Assembly (NCBI GenBank): GCA_963693365.1
Contig: CAVNZM010000002.1
Location: 6,709,943 to 6,773,942, forward strand
Source: Amoebidium appalachense
Lineage: Eukaryota > Protista > Ichthyosporea
Direction of reading: 5' to 3'
Length of the DNA: 64,000 bases
This document shows, one piece after another, positions 1 to 13,850 of this stretch. Both the position numbers and the translations under genes were made by a program. The notes under the pieces were generated by a model, which was not told the origin of the DNA, did not search any database, and was given only the letters and a program-made list of their open reading frames with translations. Position 1 is the first letter of the stretch; each line of letters begins with the position of its first letter.

Positions 1-540
1 GATTTTGGATAAGCAGCATGCAGAGGCTAGCATCATGGTAGCTCTGAGAATAAGTTAAGACACCGTATCACAATATCATACTGTGCAGCATTAATAAGGT
101 GATCAAGAATAGTCATTTCAAAACGGATATCATGATTGAGGCAGAGAGGCAGAAAAGAGAATAAATCCGCCCCTAACCTCCGGTTCTATTACGTTAGTTA
201 GCTAACATGTCACACTTGTCGATAGATATGCATCCGCGAGTAAACCGCCGGCCCCCACACAGATTACACATACGGACAGGAGACACCAAAAACGATTATA
301 CCGACACGACATAATCGATCTTTGCGTGTTTATGCCACACAACATCATGAATAAACGAATCTATGTAGGAACGAGACGTGTGCTCTAACCGTATCCGCCA
401 TACTGAGGCTATCAGTAGTTGGTGTTTTTGCTGTCCTAACACTGGAAGAGACTCACTCGACACCGTAAAGTAAAAAGATATCTAATATTATCAGCCATAG
501 ACTTAAAACTACTCATATTCACACTATGATCCAGCCGTAC

Positions 541-648
541 CTCCGGTGGGGTCGCCAGCCAATCCGCATATCTCTCGACAATGGGCAGAGACGAAGTGGA
601 TGGGAAGAGGTAGAGGGGCGAGTCCGGCGGGATGTGTGTGCACACTGC
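541..648 (-). CDS. Candidate internal exon of an unidentified gene running toward the left edge
   Basis: 108-nt segment between acceptor tacag and donor gtacgg, open as AVCTHIPPDSPLYLFPSTSSLPIVERYADWLATPPE; no family recognised and flanking exons not resolved. Confidence 0.3.
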
Positions 649-1315
649 CTGTACATGTATTTGGCCAATACACACAAATGAACATACACATATGATTGCT
701 ACTCTCCCAACGCATGTGCCCACACACTCAAAACACATATCCAGATTTTTCTTAATTTTATTGTTTGTAAATCTAGGCCGTCAGCCAAAGAGCACAGCCC
801 CCCAGCCGGCCACTGAACCGACACCACCCATATCGGGTGCTAGCGACTACTCAGAAGGAAGTACCAAAAAAACACGTGTAAAGGCCAGTATAAATAATCC
901 GGAATTTGAAAGCAGAACCACAAAAACATTAGAATGATGTGCCCGAACACAGCGCACACCATGTACATGTGTGTACTGCGCTCACAGGCACCACACGAAA
1001 CACACCATGCACGTTGTAATAGTAAATAAATTAATAGCTAAAAAGTATCTGTAACAGCCCTCTCTGGAGCCGTTGACTCAACACTTGCAACAAAACTGTG
1101 TCCTGACGCATCCATAAGGACAACCGTATCCCCATAGGCCATCATAAACAAAATTTTATGTTTTCGCATTATCGCCCTATGACAGGCGTGGAGCAAAGGG
1201 TATGTGTGCATATGTGTGGGGAAGGCAGGAAGAGGGAGAAGGTTCTGTTACCCCCCCCCCCCCCCCCCCCTCTCTCTCTCTCCCCGCCGCCCCCCTCCCT
1301 CTTTGTGTGGTTGAT

Positions 1316-1916
1316 TTAGCGAGTGAACTGCCTGCCATCACCGCCCTGGTTGCTGCGTTTGAATATTTTGCCCTTTTCCCTCTTGTCGTCACCTGCACAG
1401 CACAACAATATTATGAGTATCCATACACCATGTGTACAGTGCACATCCAGCTTGCAGGTTATGCACATACCCGAGAGGTTTTCCACGTACTTGGCGGGTT
1501 GTAGTGTTCGTACAAAACACCACCACCCGTGCTGGTTTACAAAAATAGAGCAAAAAATCCACATGTTTATATCTCATGCCTACCAATGTGTGCCTAATAC
1601 TCAATGGGCGGCCAGGCCCCATCAGATGGAGCACTGTGATCCACTCCTTCATATGCATGTGTGGTGGGTGTGGATAAACGAGGTTACGTAAAGAGAAGGG
1701 GGGAGGGGGAGGAGACAGGGAGGGGGAGGGGGAGGGGGGGGGGGGGGGGGTTAAAAGCAAAAATCATAACAACGCAAAGAGAGAAAATGTACGTGTATGT
1801 CTGTGTGTGTGTGTGTGTGGGTGGTGGTGGTGGTGGTGGTGGGGGGTGGTGGGGGGGTAAAGCGCAAGTGCGAGCTCTGTGTGTTGTGTCTGCGTGCGCG
1901 CATGTGTGTATGTATG

Positions 1917-1972
<56 letters not shown>

Positions 1973-2535
1973 TGTGTCTGTGTAACTGAGCGCGCATCTG
2001 CGTACGCGCGCGCATGTGTATGTGCGTGTGTGTCTGTCCATGTAAATCTGTGTCCCTCTCCCTCTCTCTCTGTGTGTGTATCTCTGCCTGTGTGTGTTTC
2101 TGTGCATGCATGTTCTCCACTTACCCCAGTTGCTGCGCTGTGTCTTGCCCTTGCTAGCATGCACATTAAGGTTGACACTTGGGGGCACACGGAACCCAAA
2201 GGCCTTTGCAACCCTCACGAGGTCTAGCGTCTGCACGTTGAAGATGTTCTGGGGCGGGGGGATGGGAGCGTTGGCATGTGTGCACACAACTACGACACAT
2301 ACGCATTCATGACGGGTACATGTGCACACATATGTGTGAAGGATACACGTGCACACGCATGCATATGGGTACACGCACAAACTATGCATGATGGGTACAC
2401 GCACAAACTATGCATGATTGGTACACGTGCACACACACGCACGGAACAGCTTTACGGGTGGGCACTTCCGGGCACAAACATGCAGACGCATGAAAATGCA
2501 CACAACATCCGTAACACATAGGTGGTCGACCCCCG

Positions 2536-2608
<73 letters not shown>

Positions 2609-3929
2609 ACCACCACACCACAAACACACACACACACACACACACACACCCTACCTTGTGGGAGTGTGATGCGTATGCCTGCAGGTATGACCTGTATGCA
2701 TCCTTGCCGCTCTTGTGCAAGTAGTAGTTCTTCTCGATCAGCTTCTCAAGCTGCAAAACATTGTGTCAGGCTACAATCCCACACACACACACAAAAACCG
2801 CACACAGACACACTAAAACCGCACACAGACACACTAAAACCGCACACAGATAATCTAAAACCGAACACAGACACACTAAGACCGCACACAGGCACACTAA
2901 AACCGCACACGGACACACTAAAACTGCACACAGACACACTAAAACCGCACACAGACAATCAAGAACCGAACACAGACACACTAAGACTGCACACAGACAA
3001 TCGAAAACCGAACACGGATACACAAAGACCGCACACAGGCACACTAAAACCATGCCCACAGCCTGAAGTTCAAAACAAACAAAGCAATAGCAAAACTAAC
3101 TAAGATGATTAGGAGATATCACCATCAGAATCCAAATAGTGCCCCCCCCCCCCCCCCCCCCCCCGGGGACTTAACCTGTGCCCCGCATCCTTTGCACCTT
3201 TTATGGAATACCCCTCCTCCCCCCCCCCCCTCTTCACACACCACACCACCAGTTAACATCTTTTCTTTTCCTTGCGCAATATCTTCATGCGTCAAACCTC
3301 TTCTTTCCCCCCCCCCCCCCCCCCTCCCTTCCCCCTGCTCCTTTCAGGATGTACCCACCTGGCTCTGTACGTTAGAAATCTTGTTATGAGGGAAGACAAA
3401 CTCGTTGACGGGGATCTTGGCCTGCTTGAGGTAGCGCAGGAACCCGATCTGGAAAAACACTCAGGTCAGCACACAGACACACAGAGGACACATTTCAGCT
3501 TGTGTATGCGCTCGGTTGCAAGGAAAACGCACGACCCTTCGGCACATAAACAGAACAAAAAAAAAAAAAAGATACTGTGTTGGCGCCTTTGACATATACA
3601 GGTTAAATCTTTAAAAATTAACACTGTTATGCCCTTCGGATAAAAGATGCAAGGTCTTTTAGATCTACACAATATATCTCTTTGGATATATGCCTTGACA
3701 CCCTTTATATAGAGCTCTGCTTACAACCCCATAAGTATATACACCCGCCAGCTGTTTCCCCCCCCACCACGACCCATTCTTCCTCCTTTCCTGCACACGT
3801 TATTCGACGCATCTGACTGAACACCCCAGTTTTTTTTATCTGCATCCTTTCTCCCAGCTAAAATACAACCAGCAAATGTGGTGGTGGTGTGCGTACAGAG
3901 GGGAGAGGGGGAGGGGCGGAAGGGGAGGT

Positions 3930-3963
<34 letters not shown>

Positions 3964-5238
3964 CTGATACCTCCTCTGGCAGAAGGAACATGAGGGCCTT
4001 GCCCCGGGTGTTGGAGCCACGTGCAGTACGACCCACACGGTGGATGTATTCCTGTGTACGTGGGTGTACGTGTGTGCGTGTGTGTGTGTGTTTACGTGAG
4101 TGGGCACATGTACATGTGGGCACATGTGGGTGTACGTGTGTGTACGTGTGCGCATGTGTGTGAACATATAGTGTATGTGGTAAAAAAAAAAAGCCTTTAT
4201 GCTTAGGCAGGTGGAGGGAGGGGGGAGGAGGGGGGGAGGGGGGGGGGGGGGGGGGGGGGGGATGGGCAATACAGTCAGATACGACACCCTGCCGCCACAA
4301 ACCCACATCCCCAGCCACCCATCCTCCACAAGCTCTCCCCCCCTCCCCCCCCCCCACACACCCTTCCCTCCCCACAGGCCCTCCCCCTAGCTTCTACCCC
4401 CATCCACCCTCCCCACCCCCACCTTCTACCCCTCATCGTCCCCCCCCCCCCCAAAAAAAAAATAAATAAATAAAATCCAGCCACCCATCATTCCCTCAAC
4501 ACCCTCCTTAGCACTCCCTAATCTCGCTCTCTCTCTCTCTCTCCCCCCCGCCCCCCCCCCCCCCTCTCTCCCCCCCCCCCCCTCTCTCTCTCTCTGTGTG
4601 TGTGTGCGTGTGTGTGTCTGTCCGTCTGTCTGTCTCTCCCTCCCCCCCCCTCCCCCCCCCCCCTTCCTCCAACCCAAACCTTTCCCACACACACACACAC
4701 ACCTTCGGGTCATCTGGGGGGTCGAACTGAATGATCCAATCCACAGCAGGGATATCCAACCCACGTGCAGCCACATCAGTGCATAGCAGTATGCCACTGT
4801 CTGCCTTGCAGAACTCATAGAAGGTAGTGGTGCGCTTCTGCTGCTTCTGACGACCCTGTACACGTGCAAGGAAAGAGAGGGGGTGTAAGGGGGTGCGGGT
4901 GGTGGGGGTGAATGGAGAGATGGGGAAGGAAGGACGAAAGGGGGGGGGGGGGGGGGGGGGGGGTTTACTCGTTGAGATGTAAAAAGGTAAGGGAAAGGAT
5001 GGAAGGAGGGAGGGGGGGGAGGGGGGGGTGGGTGGGTGGGGGGAAGGGGGGAGAGGGGAAAGGGGGAGGGGGGGGGGAGTGCGTTGATCGGGGGGATCCC
5101 GAGAAAACGGTGTGTTGGTTGACTGAGCGAGCCAGGGTGTGTATTTGTGCGTTTATGCTGCAGCCGTACCCATACGTGTGTGGACACAACCACAGATATT
5201 GATGGTAGTGGTTGAGAGAGGCACGGGGGATGAGGCAG

Positions 5239-5270
<32 letters not shown>

Positions 5271-5397
5271 CATAATCATTCATGCACATCATGTGCATGT
5301 GTGATTGCAAGAGGACATAGAAAACGGAACGGCTGAGCCAAGTATGTCTGCGGCGCATTCAGACTCTGCAAGAAGCAGAGGGAATGTGGAGAGGGAG

Positions 5398-5465
<68 letters not shown>

Positions 5466-5557
5466 GATCGTACGTGGATGTCCATGACGGGGATATCGAT
5501 GTAGTTGAGCAGCTCGGCATGGAACTTGACACTGTTGCACGAGGAGAAGAACACCAT

Positions 5558-5606
<49 letters not shown>

Positions 5607-7642
5607 ATGGGTGCTGGGCTTGGCGGTTGTGTAACAGGGGCCAGGCACAGAAAGGGGGAGAGGGAAGGGTGGTGGGTGGGTGGGTGGGTGGGTGGGGGGA
5701 GGGGGAAGGGGGGAGGGGGAGAGCAAATTATTTTGTCAATTTGCATGACAACGGTTGTCTGGGCATCAATAAAGAGTCCCCCCCTCCTCCCCCCTCTCCT
5801 TCTCCCCCTCCTCCCCCTCCCCTCTGCTTCTCCCTACCCACCTTCCCCACCCCCCCCCCCCCCCCACCCCTCCTCCACATTGTCCCCTCCCACCTTCCCT
5901 CCCTTTTTCTCGTTAGAATACCCAATTCCCTTCCGTAGCCATACCCCCTTCCCCCCCTCTTTCCCCATCCTCCCCCCACCCAAACACCCCCCCCCCCCCC
6001 CCGCACCCACACCCACGCCACACCCACACCCACACCCACCCACCAATCCCCCCCCCCCCCCCCCCCCCCCCCCTCCCCCCCCCCCCGCACCCCCACCCCC
6101 TTCCCCCCCCACCCACCCACCCACCCACCCACACCTTTTTCTTCAGATTCTTCTTGAGGAAAGTAAACAGCAACAGGAACCGTGCCTCACTCGGGCACGT
6201 AACATAACCCTGCTCCAACCCCTCCACCGTTGCATGCTGCTGGTTATCGTGCACACCAATGTAGAGGGGGGCCTTCTTGAGGGACACACGTGCAAGGTCT
6301 TCGACGTTTTTGGTCTGTGTGGCGCTGAAAAGGAGCGTCTGGCGTTTCTCTGTTTGATGGAAGGGGAGTGTGGAAGGAAGGTGGGGGGGGGGGGGGGGGG
6401 GGGGGGGGGGAGGAAGGGGAAGGTGGGGCGGGTGAGAGGGGAGGAGAGGGGGAAGGGAGGAGGAGGAGGAGGAGGGGGGGTTGGGGGGGGGGGGGGGGGG
6501 GTGAGGGTGAGGGGTTGCTAGCATGTGCTACAGAGTGCGAAGTATGAATCAACGACGGACAGCACAATGCAGAATATGAGAAGAAGAGCACAAGAGGAGT
6601 ATGCGCCAAAGGGGAAGCCCAATCTCAGGAACGTACACCCACATCCATGCATGCACGATCTCATGATGCACACACGCACGCATCCGCACACGTACAAACA
6701 CGTACATGAAAGTACACGCACACACACGTAAGCGAGTACGCACGAACACACAACCACACACACCGCACACACAAGTCCACACACACACACGTACTGGGCA
6801 GCAGGCGCACAATCTGCTTCATCTCCTCCTCGAATCCAATCTCCAGACAGCGGTCGGCCTCATCGATAATCAGTGCCTGCATGTTTTTGTACACAAACCC
6901 ACGTGTGCTCTGCGCAGAGCAAATGTCAGCATTCTGAATGGAATAATAATCCATCATACACCCTATTCGGATGTTATATATGTTTACGGGAACCTCTCTC
7001 TCTCTCTTTCTCTCTCTCTCCTCTCTCTTTCTCCTTCTCCCTTCCCCTTACTTCCCTCCCCCCCCCCTCCCCCCCCCCCCCCACCACCACCACCCCCTCT
7101 CTCCCCTTCCCCCTTCCATCCTCTGTGTGTCCGTGGGCCTGCACTTGTATGTTGTGTATATGCATGCATGTGCATCTGTCAGTGTGTCTGCGTGCCCGCA
7201 TATGTCTGTGCCGCACGCATCTGCTTATATGTGCCTGCCCCTGTGCCTGCACATGTACGTGCCCGTCCACCCCCCTACCTGCAGGTGGTCCAGCAGTCTA
7301 CCGGGGGTAGCTATGAGTATGTTGACTCCCTTGGCCAGCTTCTCCGCCTCGGCCTTGCGGTTGGCTCCTACAAACAAACAGTCAATACCCTCACTCTACC
7401 CCCCCCCCCCCCCTCTCTCCTCCTCTATCTCTCTCTACCCCCCCCCTGCCCCCCCCCACACACACACAAAGAAAAAGAACCAACCTCTCCCTCTTTTTCC
7501 TATGCAGAGGTGTTTGTAAACACAAGCAGTCCCTTCTCCAACCCCCAGCCCCCCCAGGAACCCCGTCACCCATTTGCACATGTTGACGAGCCAGAAAAGT
7601 ATACGGCTGTATCGTGTCGTGAATGAGGGGGAGGGAGAAGAG

Positions 7643-7681
<39 letters not shown>

Positions 7682-7780
7682 CGTCTTGTGTGTGCGCGTG
7701 CATGCATGCATGCATCGTGGTGGTGGTAAGGGCGTGCGCACATTGCTCACATGTGTGCTTGGGGTGATGGTGGTGGTGGT

Positions 7781-7813
<33 letters not shown>

Positions 7814-8935
7814 GGTTGGTTTCAACGCACCTCCCATGACGATACCAAATGTCTGTGAGTGATATTTAAGCAAATCACGCGCGACGCCCAAAATCTGGAG
7901 CGCAAGCTCGCGTGTAGGCGAGATCACAACGGCACCGGTACCATTGCGAGGAGTGAACTTGAGCTTGTGCAGGAGCTCGATGGTGGGGAGGAGGAAGGCT
8001 ATGGTCTTGCCTGAGCCTGTACGTGCGGCTGCAAGAACGTCCTGTGGGTATAAAAAGGGCGCCGGGCGGAGGGGGGTTGGGGGGGATGTTGTGTGAGATA
8101 CGAGAAACAAGGACAAGTAGCAGGTACAGTGCAGGTCCTAGAAGGCAAGAACCTGAAAAAGGGCAGGGAAAAAGGGGACAGGGGTGAGGGGGAGGGCGGA
8201 AGGGGGAGGGTGGAGGGGGGATTTAAATGTGTTATGGAGTACCAAGTACACAGTCATGACGGACAAAACAATGCAGATTTTGCAGAGCACACACAAGAAT
8301 ATGCATCATAAGCAGAGCCCATCCTTGAAGGGGTCTAGAAGAAGGGGAGCAGGGAGGGGGACGGGAGGGGAGGGCGGGAAGGGGGGGGGGGGGGGGGGGG
8401 ATGGTGGTTGTAGTTTGGGGGATAAAGGGGATTTGCATACATGCCTGTGTGTGTGGGTGGGTGTTTGTGTGTGTGTGAGTGGGTGGGTGTGCGTGTGAGC
8501 AGATGTGCATGTGCCTGTGCTTGCGGGAAAGACGGGACCGGAGGGGAGGGGGGGAAGAGGGGGAAGAAGTTGCTTCTTGTGTCACCGTGTACAACGGAAG
8601 GGAAAGACACAAAACAGTGTAGCTGCATTCCGGGGGTATTGGCTGTGTTTGTGCAAGCATGCGTGCGTGTATATATGCATGTACATGTGCTGGTGCGCGT
8701 CCAGGGGGTGTTCGCCTGCACGTGTGCATGTGTGTGCCTGTGTGTGTGCACATTATTTGGATGTGTGTTTGCATGTATGCACATGTGTGCATAATGCACA
8801 TGCCTATTTGTATGTGCATGCAAGAGTGTAGATGTGTGTTTGCATGCACGTGAGCACCCACCTTGCCCTCCAGCAGGTGAGACACTGTGCGCCTCTGCAC
8901 CTCAGTCATTGTTGTGAACCCCATGTCCTTGATGG

Positions 8936-8984
<49 letters not shown>

Positions 8985-9490
8985 AGCCCAGACTTCTCCC
9001 AACTATTTGTTTCCTTTTTCTTCTTAACAATTCATCACCCTCCTTTTTATATGGTACAGCTTGAGACCATAAGAGGCCGGGGAGGCCGGAGAGGGGGGGA
9101 AGGGAGGTGGGGAGGAGGGGACATGGGGAGGGGGTGGGGGGTGGCGGGATGGGGGGAAGATGTGTTACAGGCAGACGTTGCAGAGCACGCGTGAGTGAAG
9201 GGGGAGGAGGGGGGAGGGGGGGGAGGGGGGGAGGGGGGGGGGGGGGGGGGGGAGGGGTTGTGTGTGAACAGCATGCTGAGAACCACTATTGCTTTATCCC
9301 CACTATCCCTAATTGATTTGCACCTTGAGCCGCTTGGTAGCCACAACCTATTCCCTGAACCCATCTCCCCCCCACCCCCTTCTACCCCTTCTCCAACCCA
9401 CTCACACACCCCCCCCCAAAAAACACTGAAGAAACCATCCTGCCCAACAACACAAAAGACAACCAACTCACCCTGCAATCTCCCCCCATC

Positions 9491-9521
<31 letters not shown>

Positions 9522-10371
9522 GAAAGAAAGAAAGAAAGAAAGTCAAGGCACACTCACAAAAACACACCACAAACGGATGTGTGCCCACATGCACACACCC
9601 CACCACCCACCCATCCACACTCACACACATGCACACGTACCATCAAGTGTCTTATCCGACACCTTTCCTCTCAGCTGTTCGAACTCCGTAGGCCCCGCGT
9701 CATCTGCCAAATACACCGTCAGACACCATGCGCCCCCTCTCCCCCCTTTACCTTCCCCTCCTCCCCTCCCTTACCTTCCTTCTCCTCCCCCCCCCCCCCC
9801 CCCCCGGACCCCCCTTCCCCTGCCTCTCTTAGTAACTCCCTCCTGCATCTCACCATCTTTTGCTTCAGCACCATTGGTTACATTGTAAGAACAACTAATA
9901 ATATGTAATGGAGCACATATTGACCAGGTGCGGACCCTACCCACCTCCCCACGTCCCCCCTTCCCCCCCCCCCCCCTGCCTGTCCCCTAGCCAATTCCCG
10001 TTAGCCAACTCCCTTTCCAATCAACCTAAGACACTTGAAGCACACAACTTAGGCACCAAGAGAACCACAGAGGCGGCTTGTCTTCCACATCTCAATAATC
10101 CCAATCATTCTCCCACTACTGTACCTCCCTTTGCCCCCCCGCCCCCCTCCCCCCCCCCCCAAACCTCCCCCCTCCCCTCTTTACCCGAGATGTACACCCC
10201 CTTACGCACGCACATGCATACACACACTGGTGCAAGCACAGACACGAAACGACACCCCCCTCCCCCCCATACACACACACTCCTCTCTTCCATCCTCCAA
10301 GCCTCTGCACTAGCATTGTTTGCAGTCTTCCCCCAAGAAAACATATTCACACACACATACACACACACACA

Positions 10372-10412
<41 letters not shown>

Positions 10413-11432
10413 GCACACACACCTTCCTTGACCTCCGTCAGCTCCAACTTCTCGTTGTTCTCCCCCACCACCCCACTCTCACCATCCTCCTCATCCTCAT
10501 CCTCCCGTTGCCTCTTCCTGCTCTCCTCTTTCTTCTCCTCCTTCCCTGCGTCCTCGGTGGCACTATCACCAATCTTCACCTCCTCGCCCTCACTCTCTTC
10601 GACTCCATTCTCTCCATCATCCTCCTCCCCTTCCTCCCCGCTCTCTCCTTCCTCCTCTCCGCTCTCCCCCTCCTCCCCACTGTCACCCTCCTCCCTCTCC
10701 TCTCCGCTCTCATGTTCTTCCTCCTCCTCCTCCTCTTCCTCCTCCTTCGCTACTGCCTCCTTCTTCCCACTATCACCCACCACCATTTTTCTTCTTTGGA
10801 TGACTCTCATTCTCCTCCGCCGGTCTCTTTTCCCTGCCGGCTCCCTGCTGCTTTGCATTCTTCATCTTCATCAACATGGGCGTGTCCACAATAGGCTTCT
10901 TAAACACCGCCTCCTCCTCCTTTTTCCCTGACACCTTTGGCCTCGGTGTGTCAACGTGCATCTTCCCCGCCACCTGTGTGCCGTTTGCTACAGCTTTTGG
11001 TGCTGGTCTAGGTGTGTCTACGTGCTTGGGTGGTGCGGTTTTTCCAGGTCTGGGTGTGTCTGTGTGCGTTTTGGCGGGAGCTGGTGCGGCAGAAGGAACA
11101 GGGGCGGCCGTTTTTGGCTTAGGGCCGGGTCTGGGCGTGTCTTGGTGGACCTGTGACTTTGTGGGCTTGGGTGCCGGCCTGGGCGTGTCTTCGTGCACCT
11201 TTGTTTTCTTCGCCTGTGGCGTACCTGCCTCCTCGCTTGGTTTCTGTTTCTTTGCTGGTGTGGCGGGCTTTTTGAACGTGTCTGGTTTGGAAACAGGAAG
11301 GGGGGCTTTGAATCCATCCCCCTTGGATGCGGGAAGAGGGGCTTTGAAACCGTCTGTTTTCTTTCCACTTCCCCCCGTCGCCGGCTTTGTTTTGCCAGGG
11401 CGGGGTGTGTCACCGTGCGGCGGTGGCCCCAT
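1316..11432 (-). CDS. DDX18: ATP-dependent DEAD-box RNA helicase DDX18/HAS1 (14 exons; apparent 1-nt frameshift in exon 1)
   Basis: Phase-compatible GT-AG exons: 10423-11432, 9641-9703, 8862-8935, 7831-8041, 7279-7367, 6795-6909, 6135-6349, 5474-5560, 4703-4855, 3971-4051, 3359-3448, 2655-2750, 2125-2248, 1316-1392. Motifs: Q (GFTTMTEVQ), [50 protein letters not shown]. Has1-specific segments: [41 protein letters not shown]-terminal DGRQFTR*. Confidence 0.96.
2794..3052. repeat. 21-bp minisatellite (~12 copies) in a DDX18 intron
   Basis: Tandem AAAACCGCACACAGACACACT with variants, ending about 40 bp from the acceptor at 2751-2752. Confidence 0.9.
6518..6632 (+). repeat. ~120-bp dispersed repeat family, copy 1 (diverged)
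   Basis: Aligns by eye to 8221-8333 and 22661-22775 (GAAGTA..ACGGACA..CAATGCAGAAT..GAGTATGC..AGCCC..CTCAGG). Confidence 0.6.
8221..8333 (+). repeat. ~120-bp dispersed repeat family, copy 2
   Basis: Shares AAGTACACA, ACGGA, ATGCAGA and ATAAGCAGAGCCCATCCT with the copy at 22661-22775. Confidence 0.8.
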
Positions 11433-12968
11433 TTTCTACTGTTTTTGTGTGCGTGTTAAAATAGACTTTGCTATATCTTCTATCTAGTTGTGGCCTATGT
11501 TGAGGCGTACGTGTGTGTGTGTCTGTGCACGTGTACACACGAATGCACCGGAGATGTTCGTGAAAGCTCAGCCGGTGGGAGCCTTTACGATTCGGGTCAA
11601 AGATGCGAATCGAGTCCGCCTTATGATGAGAGAAATAAAGAGTACTACAATAGTGACGGCTGTAGACCTGACCCGGATTTCTTTAATCATTGTGGTTGTG
11701 GCCAAATGGGTTTTCTTTAACGGTATTTGGAGGGTCGTGATTGGCTTAGAATGCACCAGCGTAGTACACGTGTTCTCAGTGACGGTGCCGACGAGAGTTT
11801 ACACACTTTTTATTGCGTGGACACTGCCCACTTATTGACGCACATGGACACATGAACATTGGAGTGGATCCACACATCACAGATACAGGAACGTACACAA
11901 GACCGTGCGCTACATGATCATTCATTTGTTACACGCGTACGCCCACACTATATTAGCTCCGCCACATGCACCCGCAAGATTGAGAACCCTCACACCTACC
12001 GACCGGTACACATTCATATACACTTGCCACATGACCACCTGCAGGCAAAAACGCAAGCACAGATCCACGTACCCAACCACACACACCCCCACTGAAAAAA
12101 ACTGTAGGCAAAGCTGCAGCTGCACCAGGTATTTGACGCAGTTTCTGTCTTCATTGTTCTATTCCCACTCATTTTTCCCATCCTCCCCCCCCTTCCTCCC
12201 CACCCCCCAGCACTCTTCCTCGGCCTCATGACCTCTTCCCACTTCTCCCCTTCACCACCCACAGCCCCCCGCTATTGTTCGACTCCCTCCACACAGAACC
12301 TGAACCCTCTGTTCTATCTGGTTCACTCCCTCTGGTGCCCCTCCTGCTAAGTCTGCCCACATCCGTGTGATCCCCCCCTCCCCCCCCATGGCTACCTCGC
12401 CCCTGAAAATACACACACACACACGCACACACACGCACACACACACACACACACACACACGCACGCACGCACGCACGCACACCTGCATGATCAGCGGTGA
12501 AAGTACCATGGCCCTAGCGCGTCTCTCTTCACCACACACTCACAGATATGCAGGCTGCCCGGTTAATTTCTGTTCTTAGCTTTCCCTGACACACACACGA
12601 TCCCTCACATTCTGCACCCAGGGTTGAGCAATTTGAAACGCATAGTGTTGCGTTTCTTTGTGTACGGCAGACTTTCTTGTTAAGAAACTACTGAAAAAGA
12701 AAACTGAAATGAAGCCGCTAGATGCGCTACTATGTAGCTGTTGCTCTGGTGATGTAAGCTAAATTAATCATTGTCCTAAAACCTACCAATGGCTGTGCGG
12801 GTAATTATTTGCTGCAGCCATATATGGATGCAGGACACCTCAAAGCAGAATAAAATATGGGCCTAATATTTGAATCAATACTCAGTGTACTGTCATTCCT
12901 CCCCTCCCCCTCCCCCCCCCCCCCCCCGGGCCCTGCTCCCCCCCCCCCCCCCACACACACACACGCAT

Positions 12969-13015
<47 letters not shown>

Positions 13016-13161
13016 CAGCCTCCCTCCCCCCGCCCCCTTCCCCCGGGTGCCACACACACACACATCGAGGCTCCCCCACTTTCATGTTATGATGCTTGTG
13101 TGCAAGCGTGCCGCACACTCATATCTTGGAACACGCGTAACGTGATTTCCAAGGTTTGTAT

Positions 13162-13378
13162 TAGACATGTTTTACCATAACACATTTTGCATTTTGTTTC
13201 GAATATAATAAGTATATCTCAATATACTTATCATATACTATTTGATGTGCCTTTCGTATGAACGATATTCGAAAGTATATCGATTTCGAATATCTTTTTC
13301 GCGAGTTTACCAGATTAGGCAGGTCGGCGATATACTTATTATATTCGAAACAAAATGTGTTATGGTAAAACATGTCTA
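13162..13378. mobile_element. MITE (~215 bp) with ~50-bp terminal inverted repeats
   Basis: 13162-13218 is the reverse complement of 13329-13378 apart from a 7-bp internal duplication (CATTTTG) in the left arm. AT-rich and non-coding; the ends fit a TA target-site duplication (or ATT). Confidence 0.88.
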
Positions 13379-13776
13379 TTGAGAGCCTTGAAGAATTGTA
13401 TTTAGTTCGATGAAAAAAACGTGGGCGCGGGGGGAGGGGGGGGGGGAGGGGGTATATATATGGCAATCCCCCTCCCCCCCCCCCCCCCCCCCCCCCTCCC
13501 CATGACCACCTCCCCCAACGCCTTCCTGCTATATGTATTGCTGTTGCAGCAATTTTGATGGATCGGGAACCATTTGCAAGAAAAAAAGAGTCGGAATTTG
13601 CGCTTTTTGATGGGGCCGTGAGAGACCCCCGATTATTTGCTCGAGCTCTACTATTTAGTTTTTTGTAACACGCACGTTTAATTTCTATTTCATTCACTGG
13701 TTTGTTTTAGAAGGCTTGTGGTGTCTTGGCTTCCATGTTCGCCTCCCTTCATTGCATGGGTCTCCCCTCTCCCCTC

Positions 13777-13850
13777 ATGGCTTGCATTCTGCATCGTGTT
13801 ATCCGTTTGTTCTTGTGTACTTCATACTTTTTGACGCTTTCAAACCCCCC
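13777..13850 (-). repeat. ~120-bp dispersed repeat family, copy 3 (inverted, truncated)
   Basis: Reverse complement is nearly identical to 22655-22730; both read KYEVHKNKRITRCRMQA in the ORF track. Confidence 0.85.

Noticed and set aside
777-937. Plus-strand terminal exon (GRQPKSTAPQ..)
   Set aside because: No upstream exon could be linked, and it conflicts with a better minus-strand exon candidate nearby.
2794-3052. CRISPR-like or coding repeat (KPHTDTL)n
   Set aside because: Contiguous 21-bp units with no spacers, located in an intron; it is a minisatellite.
12100-12560. Possible minus-strand exons flanking a (GT)n mini-intron
   Set aside because: Stops in all plausible frames and no recognisable product.
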